Source: Candidatus Micrarchaeum sp. (GTDB lineage Archaea; Micrarchaeota; Micrarchaeia; Micrarchaeales; Micrarchaeaceae). Taken from it: a stretch of DNA of 32,000 nt. The stretch's first letter is position 1. Every line of letters starts with the position of its first letter. Below the pieces are notes generated by a model that was not told the origin of the DNA, searched no databases, and was given only the letters and a program-made list of their open reading frames with translations. Location of the stretch: assembly GCF_016806735.1 (NCBI RefSeq), contig NZ_CP060530.1, positions 690,001 to 722,000 on the forward strand, in the 5' to 3' direction. Position numbers and translations under genes: made by a program. Shown piece by piece: positions 27,479 to 32,000 of the stretch.

Positions 27479-28459
27479 ATGCAAAATGACATTGATGCAA
27501 AAATTCTCCAGTGGAAAAGAGACCTTATTGAACATATAGTATATCTTGTGTGCTCAAAACAAAAAATCCCAACACCATATATAAACTTTGATGGATGTAG
27601 AGACGAAAGACCTAACCAGCTTGCACATTATCATCCCGATCAGCACATGATATGCGTATCTGAAAGGCAACTCCGCGTACAAAGTCTAGAAGGATTAAAA
27701 AGGACTGCAGTACACGAAGTAACACATGCATTAGGTTTTTATCAGCATGACGCCAATTTCGAGAATATGAATAGGGAGATAAACATAGAATTGGCTATGT
27801 ACAATCCAAGCAGTGTGATAAGCGGATTGGATAGAACTAAAACAGCAAATAAACCAACGCATACACGCAAAATAAGGACTGGGATCAGTGTATGCTCTGC
27901 TAATGGGTGCAACAAAAAGGCAATAAATATCTGCAGATATTGCATGAAGCGCTATTGCCAAATACATTCTGAGGCGCTGATGGTTTCTACTCTGGAGCAA
28001 ATAAATATGCTTAATCAATACGATGGAAAAAAACGCATAAAACTCGAAAAAGACTGGAATAAAGAGGGTGGCCATCCATGCATGCAATACACTGCAGAAT
28101 GGAATAACTGGTATGACGAAAGTAAAAAGATGACGTATGACGCTTTTGGCGCATTTCTGGGAGACGATAAGAGGATAACAGGCATAGCAAAAGAGCCTCC
28201 TTCTTTGTTTGTATACCCTATAGAGAATAGCACAAAAAATAAACTAAAAGAAAGCTATTCTCCTCTTACACAAAAGGATTTGGAAGATTCGAGAGATAAG
28301 CTTGGAATTGATATTGATTATACACAACCAGTAAAACCGGTTAAGAATGATGAGAGCAACAATGATGCAAAAGATAAGGAAATTGAAAAACCGGACAATA
28401 AAAAGAAAAAGAGCTTAGTAAATAAATTAAGAAAAGTTTTTGGAGTTAGAGATACATAG
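27479..28459 (+). CDS. Zincin metallopeptidase (HExxH...H, SprT/WLM/DUF45-like) fused to an AN1-like Cys/His zinc-finger cluster and a charged tail
   Basis: AVHEVTHALGFYQHD at aa 79-90 gives HExxH plus a third His. CSANGCNKKAINICRYCMKRYCQIH at aa 139-163 has the spacing C-x4-C-x7-C-x2-C-x4-C-x2-H. A later HPC lies at aa 199-201. The tail is K/D/E-rich. Confidence 0.65.
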   Translation: MQNDIDAKILQWKRDLIEHIVYLVCSKQKIPTPYINFDGCRDERPNQLAHYHPDQHMICVSERQLRVQSLEGLKRTAVHEVTHALGFYQHDANFENMNREINIELAMYNPSSVISGLDRTKTANKPTHTRKIRTGISVCSANGCNKKAINICRYCMKRYCQIHSEALMVSTLEQINMLNQYDGKKRIKLEKDWNKEGGHPCMQYTAEWNNWYDESKKMTYDAFGAFLGDDKRITGIAKEPPSLFVYPIENSTKNKLKESYSPLTQKDLEDSRDKLGIDIDYTQPVKPVKNDESNNDAKDKEIEKPDNKKKKSLVNKLRKVFGVRDT

Positions 28460-28526
28460 GTCAGGCACTATTTTATATGTAAGTTGTTTTATATTTGGTT
28501 TTGGGATCTTTTATCTGTGAAATTAC

Positions 28527-28907
28527 ATGAAACTTATCTACGCAAAATTATGGCTTAAGAAATACATTAAGTATAACCATGATAATTTAGACGAAAACGA
28601 TCTAAATAAAGCAATAATTAACCTTTCTCACAGGGTATTCAGATCACATGGGTTAAAGGACCACAACACTAGGCAAAAAATAAGGCAGATCTTAGTAAAT
28701 TATAGTAAAATTGAATTAGCCAAATATAACGTTTCTTTCGAAAAACCCCTCAAAGCACACTATATAAACCATGGCAAATATCCAAGAGTACGTGCACGTT
28801 GGGCAATGAGAGTTGTCAAGCGTATTTTACTATTTTTAGCAAAAATTGCTTATATTATAATAGTGGTAATTATTATTTTGTACATTATTTTTTATGTTCT
28901 CCAATAG
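28527..28907 (+). CDS. Hypothetical small basic protein with a C-terminal (tail-anchor) TM helix
   Basis: 126 aa. A lysine/arginine-rich soluble part is followed by ILLFLAKIAYIIIVVIIILYIIFYVL at the extreme C-terminus. Confidence 0.5.
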   Translation: MKLIYAKLWLKKYIKYNHDNLDENDLNKAIINLSHRVFRSHGLKDHNTRQKIRQILVNYSKIELAKYNVSFEKPLKAHYINHGKYPRVRARWAMRVVKRILLFLAKIAYIIIVVIIILYIIFYVLQ

Positions 28908-28943
28908 TTTCATTTTTAACATTTACCCAATTCTAAAGTCACA

Positions 28944-29077
28944 AGACCGCAAGAGGTTAGGCATAAATAAGTCAACTCTGTAGTATATGCAGAAGCACAT
29001 AAGAGAAGGCAAGAGAATCAAGGTTTATGGCAAAGTTATGGTAAAATTAAATAGTGTTGTTTATGGGTTTATTTGAT
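28944..29077 (+). repeat. 134-bp direct repeat, copy 1
   Basis: Aligned by eye to 31181-31314 at a constant offset of 2237 nt. There are only 3 mismatches (28953, 28955, 29039). Its 3' end contains the ATG and the first five codons (MGLFD) of the downstream ORF. Confidence 0.9.
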
Positions 29078-29866
29078 TTCCTTTTATGGCATCCTAAGGA
29101 AGAACGCTTATATAAAAGCTGGAATCATAGAAAATGGACTTGGGCAGGTCAGAAAATAGAACAAACAATATCAATAAACGAGGCAGTTGTTCGTATTTAC
29201 TGTGATCCTAATGATATTTCAGATGTGTATAAATGTACATTTAAAATATCTAAAGGAATATGCAGAATTAGAATAAGAAATTTTATTGATCAATTTAATA
29301 AGTTGCATAAAGAATATTGGTTAACTACTCCAGTAAATAATATCAAATTTAAGAAAGAAACAATTAGAAAAGCAATGCAGGGGCAAACATATGGTGGTAA
29401 GTATACTTATCCGGTAACTACTTACTTGTATACATTGAGAATTTTAGATAAAAATAAACTGAAAAATGAGAATATACAATCCCAAATTATTAGGAGACGA
29501 GGTACAGCAATAGTAGATACCCCAAAAGGGATACTTATTGCATCTCATCATAAAACTTGGCTTCTGCCAGGTGGAGGTGCAAATAGAGGAGAAAGTAGGG
29601 AAAAGGCAGCTATACGGGAACTAAGAGAGGAAACAGGATTACGAGCAACAAATTGTAAATATCTATTTGAATACAATGAACCAGATGATGGCAGAAGGAT
29701 TAGGAATCTGCATAAAGTATTTTTGATTGAAGCAGAAGGTAAACCCAGGCCAAATCATCATGATGTTCACCACTTAGCATTCTGGAAACCAGATTCAGAT
29801 ATCATTTTGAGTCCAACCACAAGAACAATTGTTGATAGATATCTAAATGAGTTTAAAATGCACTGA
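29063..29866 (+). CDS. Nudix hydrolase with an N-terminal domain of about 140 aa and unknown function
   Basis: The Nudix box GGGANRGESREKAAIRELREETGL is encoded at 29570-29641. The N-terminal half has no motif I recognise. I prefer ATG 29063 (MGLFDF...) over the track GTG 29054 because the same ATG context recurs in repeat copy 2. Confidence 0.75.
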   Translation: MGLFDFLLWHPKEERLYKSWNHRKWTWAGQKIEQTISINEAVVRIYCDPNDISDVYKCTFKISKGICRIRIRNFIDQFNKLHKEYWLTTPVNNIKFKKETIRKAMQGQTYGGKYTYPVTTYLYTLRILDKNKLKNENIQSQIIRRRGTAIVDTPKGILIASHHKTWLLPGGGANRGESREKAAIRELREETGLRATNCKYLFEYNEPDDGRRIRNLHKVFLIEAEGKPRPNHHDVHHLAFWKPDSDIILSPTTRTIVDRYLNEFKMH

Positions 29867-29886
29867 GCATATAAATGAGCTACAAT

Positions 29887-30693
29887 TTAGCCATTATATA
29901 CTGCATAGTGGTGTTGAATAGAATACCCAATCGGTGAGGCACAGTTACTTTGTAACAACTGATTGTTCATGTAATTTATTATACTTTTAGCATCTGGTGA
30001 ATTAAGCACAATACTTTGCCTTGGTGTTTGTGATAGGTTAACTATATTATTTACCCAACATGTAGTGTTACGGGCAGTTGCATTAACGTAATAAAATCCA
30101 CTCACATTATATTGCGCAGAGAAGCAAGTTTGTCCAAAATAACAATTTGTATAGTCTGTAATAGTTATCTGATCTGTCCAGTTTGCAGTCTGAAAGACAA
30201 CCTTCGAGTTATATGTTATCGATGGATAATACAAGAAGATGTAGGCAAGAATTAGTGGTACAACTATAAATGCAATCACATAGCCAATCATTTGTTTTTT
30301 CCTAGATGCAGAGATTATTTCGCCACTGCTCATTATTATGCCCCCAGCCAAAGCGACCAAAGGACCTATAAAAATATTAGACAACGTAGCAGCAGATGCA
30401 TATAGCCACATTACTGAACCAATACTAACTACAATACCTCGCCTTATAATTAACCCAATTGGGATTGCAAATAGAGTTAATAAGATTGCCAATTGAGGTA
30501 GTGAAGTAACGGTTAGTCCTTGGCCTGCTAATACACCAAATGCACCAAAACCAAATATCGAAAATATTACATCATAATAAAATGTTGCTAGACTTGTTGG
30601 TGAACCAGCAAAAATCATCCACTCTACAAATAAAGAGATAAATACGATTATTGCACCAAAGAAAATTATTCCTTGGGCACCCCTTATATGCAT
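29887..30693 (-). CDS. Hypothetical polytopic membrane protein with a Cys/Asn-rich extracytoplasmic C-terminal domain
   Basis: About 5-6 hydrophobic helices in the first 160 aa are followed by a domain with N-x-S/T sequons and 5 Cys. A TATA-like agtataaaac lies about 35 nt upstream of the ATG. Confidence 0.65.
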   Translation of the reverse strand: MHIRGAQGIIFFGAIIVFISLFVEWMIFAGSPTSLATFYYDVIFSIFGFGAFGVLAGQGLTVTSLPQLAILLTLFAIPIGLIIRRGIVVSIGSVMWLYASAATLSNIFIGPLVALAGGIIMSSGEIISASRKKQMIGYVIAFIVVPLILAYIFLYYPSITYNSKVVFQTANWTDQITITDYTNCYFGQTCFSAQYNVSGFYYVNATARNTTCWVNNIVNLSQTPRQSIVLNSPDAKSIINYMNNQLLQSNCASPIGYSIQHHYAVYNG

Positions 30694-31180
30694 GTTAGAA
30701 CCTTCTAAAATTCATAATTGCTATGTTTTATACTTATGATGTGACTCGGGATAATTTTTCATTTTTCTGCCTACTTTTGTTTTTCGCTGTATATAGTACT
30801 TGATTTTGCTTTATTTATCTTTGTAATATAATAATTTCAGCAGGAAACTTTTTACATTTTTTGAATTGCTAAAACTATTTTAGAATTATGCTTTAAAGAA
30901 ACATGAAATTTTCCGATGGCAGATTTTTGCTTCGACGCCAAAAATAGTGGTGCAAAATCTCTTCACTAGATATAACTCCTAAACAGAATAGGGAGTAAGC
31001 TAATCGCCTGTAAAATGGACGTTGTGGAATGTATATCACTTGCTATATTTCGGTATACAATTCTGTGTGCTTATTGTGCTGATTATTATATACTTATCAA
31101 GCTTAAATTTAACATGCCAGAACTCTGAATAAATTTGGATACACAGATATTAGCAATAAGATGCTTAGATTAACGCAATG

Positions 31181-31314
31181 AGACCGCAAAAAGTTAGGCA
31201 TAAATAAGTCAACTCTGTAGTATATGCAGAAGCACATAAGAGAAGGCAAGAGAATCAAGGTTTATGGCAAAGTTAGGGTAAAATTAAATAGTGTTGTTTA
31301 TGGGTTTATTTGAT
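31181..31314 (+). repeat. 134-bp direct repeat, copy 2
   Basis: 131/134 identical to 28944-29077. Its 3' end contains the ATG (31300) and the MGLFD codons of the C2H2 ORF. Confidence 0.9.
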
Positions 31315-32000
31315 AGATTTAAAGAAGCAAATAACTTTATTAGCAAGCTTTCAAATGACTTGTTTAAATGCAACATTTGTGGCATGCTCAGCAAGAATCA
31401 ACAGTCTATGCAAAATCACGTTGCTGGATTCCACAGCGAATACGTATTCTATAAACGTAAATATGGAAAAATTCCAGATATAGCAACAACCACTTGGATT
31501 AATATTTATTATAGAATATTGTATATGCCGCCTTTAAATTGGTCTGATAAACAGATAGAACTGGCTGCGAGCACGAATAAAGGCTTTATTATGAATGTTA
31601 CAAGAAGCATTCGACGGGTAGTTATTGATGGAAAAACAATTGGATATGTTAATCCTGTTTTAGGTGTAAATCCTCTTTTTAACTCACCCCCTCTTTATGG
31701 CCGACGTGCGTATATTCTTTTAGATCCGATTAACGGTAATACTTTTCCAGTTTCTAGAGAAGTTTTTGAAAGTATCAGTAAAGGAACGGCTTTAGAATAT
31801 CCCTTCCGTAGAGTTCACACAGTTAAGAGTACACCATTAAATGGGAATCAGAAACTAGTTGAGTTTTTAATTAGATTTAGAGAAGGAGGCTGGAACGGCC
31901 TGAGACTAGAGGATAAGAAAATACGTACTAAAGAGATACTTCCAACAGAAAGAATAACCTACGGTTATTCACCTTTAGATTTTATTCCAGATGCAAATAT
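31300..32000 (+). CDS. C2H2 zinc-finger protein, 3' end outside the window (not in the ORF track; hand-translated)
   Basis: Open from ATG 31300 to the window end (233 codons, no stop). The N-terminus is MGLFDRFKEANNF... The classical C2H2 finger CNICGMLSKNQQSMQNHVAGFH (C-x2-C-x12-H-x4-H) is encoded at 31369-31434. Confidence 0.65.
   Translation, partial: MGLFDRFKEANNFISKLSNDLFKCNICGMLSKNQQSMQNHVAGFHSEYVFYKRKYGKIPDIATTTWINIYYRILYMPPLNWSDKQIELAASTNKGFIMNVTRSIRRVVIDGKTIGYVNPVLGVNPLFNSPPLYGRRAYILLDPINGNTFPVSREVFESISKGTALEYPFRRVHTVKSTPLNGNQKLVEFLIRFREGGWNGLRLEDKKIRTKEILPTERITYGYSPLDFIPDAN

Larger units (their letters stand above)
27301..32000. mobile_element. AT-rich accessory island (candidate integrated element remnant); its right end is outside the window
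   Basis: G+C drops abruptly at the rsgA start. Single-line counts give about 47-50% in core lines and about 22-32% in island lines. The gene content is orphan or virus/plasmid-like, with 134-bp direct repeats and an excisionase-like HTH relic. No integrase or tRNA target is seen inside the window. Confidence 0.4.

Noticed and set aside
28981-28983. The in-frame TAG conserved in both 134-bp repeats as a pyrrolysine or programmed read-through codon.
   Set aside because: The copies are 98% identical, so conservation of TAG carries no information. No Pyl machinery is visible in the window. In copy 2 the frame is closed by TGA at the repeat edge. A pseudogene relic is the simpler explanation.
31015-31128. 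A 37-codon hydrophobic ORF (MDVVECISLAIFRYTILCAYCADYYILIKLKFNMPEL) in the non-coding part of the cassette.
   Set aside because: It has no SD or obvious promoter, is short and lies in AT-rich DNA. It cannot be told apart from a chance ORF.
28944-31314. The possibility that the repeats represent a CRISPR array or a MITE/IS element.
   Set aside because: There are only two copies, each 134 bp long and 2.1 kb apart. They have no short regular spacers, no terminal inverted repeats and no transposase. This is incompatible with CRISPR and unsupported for an IS or MITE.
1-32000. tRNA, rRNA, RNase P, SRP RNA and C/D-box sRNA genes in the intergenic spacers (2260-2499, 3919-4077, 16473-16661, 23935-24533, 27301-27478, 30694-31180).
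   Set aside because: I found no T-loop (GGTTCGAAT-like) or cloverleaf signatures and no paired C (RUGAUGA) and D (CUGA) boxes by eye. A covariance-model scan (tRNAscan-SE, Infernal) would be needed for a definitive negative.

Overview
This is an archaeal chromosomal segment. The information-processing genes are unambiguously archaeal: Hjc, archaeal DnaG, Alba, aIF5B, aIF2-gamma, EF-1alpha, S6e, S10, archaeal-type SAM synthetase and Cdc48/VAT. I cannot place the lineage without a database search.

Nt 1-27300 is a tightly packed core region. Spot counts of single 60-nt lines give about 47-50% G+C. It encodes:
- a Hef-like helicase 3' end, a cation/H+ antiporter, hjc and dnaG;
- a PadR / ABC-ATPase / ABC-2 permease / surface glycoprotein operon;
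- alba, aspS, a DUF59 Fe-S protein and a DHH phosphoesterase;
- a methyltransferase, a Nudix hydrolase and a membrane-anchored ArsR-type regulator;
- metK (archaeal type), infB, a MazG-like protein, ndk, eif2g, rps6e and cdc48;
- tuf-rps10 and a bacterial-type rsgA.

At about nt 27300 the composition drops abruptly (spot counts about 22-32% G+C). The rest of the window (27.3-32 kb, running off the end) is an AT-rich accessory island of orphan-looking genes:
- a zincin (HExxH) protease fused to an AN1-like Cys/His cluster;
- a tail-anchored small protein;
- a Nudix hydrolase with an unknown 140-aa N-terminal domain;
- a polytopic membrane protein;
- a C2H2 zinc-finger protein.

Two 134-bp direct repeats (131/134 identical, 2237 bp apart) bracket a two-gene cassette in the island. 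Each repeat gives the same upstream region and the same first five codons (MGLFD) to an unrelated downstream ORF. The repeat interior reads as a relic of an excisionase/MerR-like HTH with an in-frame TAG. This island is the best candidate for something undescribed.

Other points of note:
- a 31-codon hyper-acidic mini-ORF with a good SD and TATA lies between cdc48 and tuf;
- a near-identical 22-nt block (SD, TTG start, first codons) is shared by eif2g and cdc48;
- a perfect 24-nt palindrome lies in the PadR promoter;
- DnaG carries a Q/R-rich low-complexity insert.

I saw no rRNA, tRNA or CRISPR array. All functional calls rest on motifs read by eye, and no searches were run.
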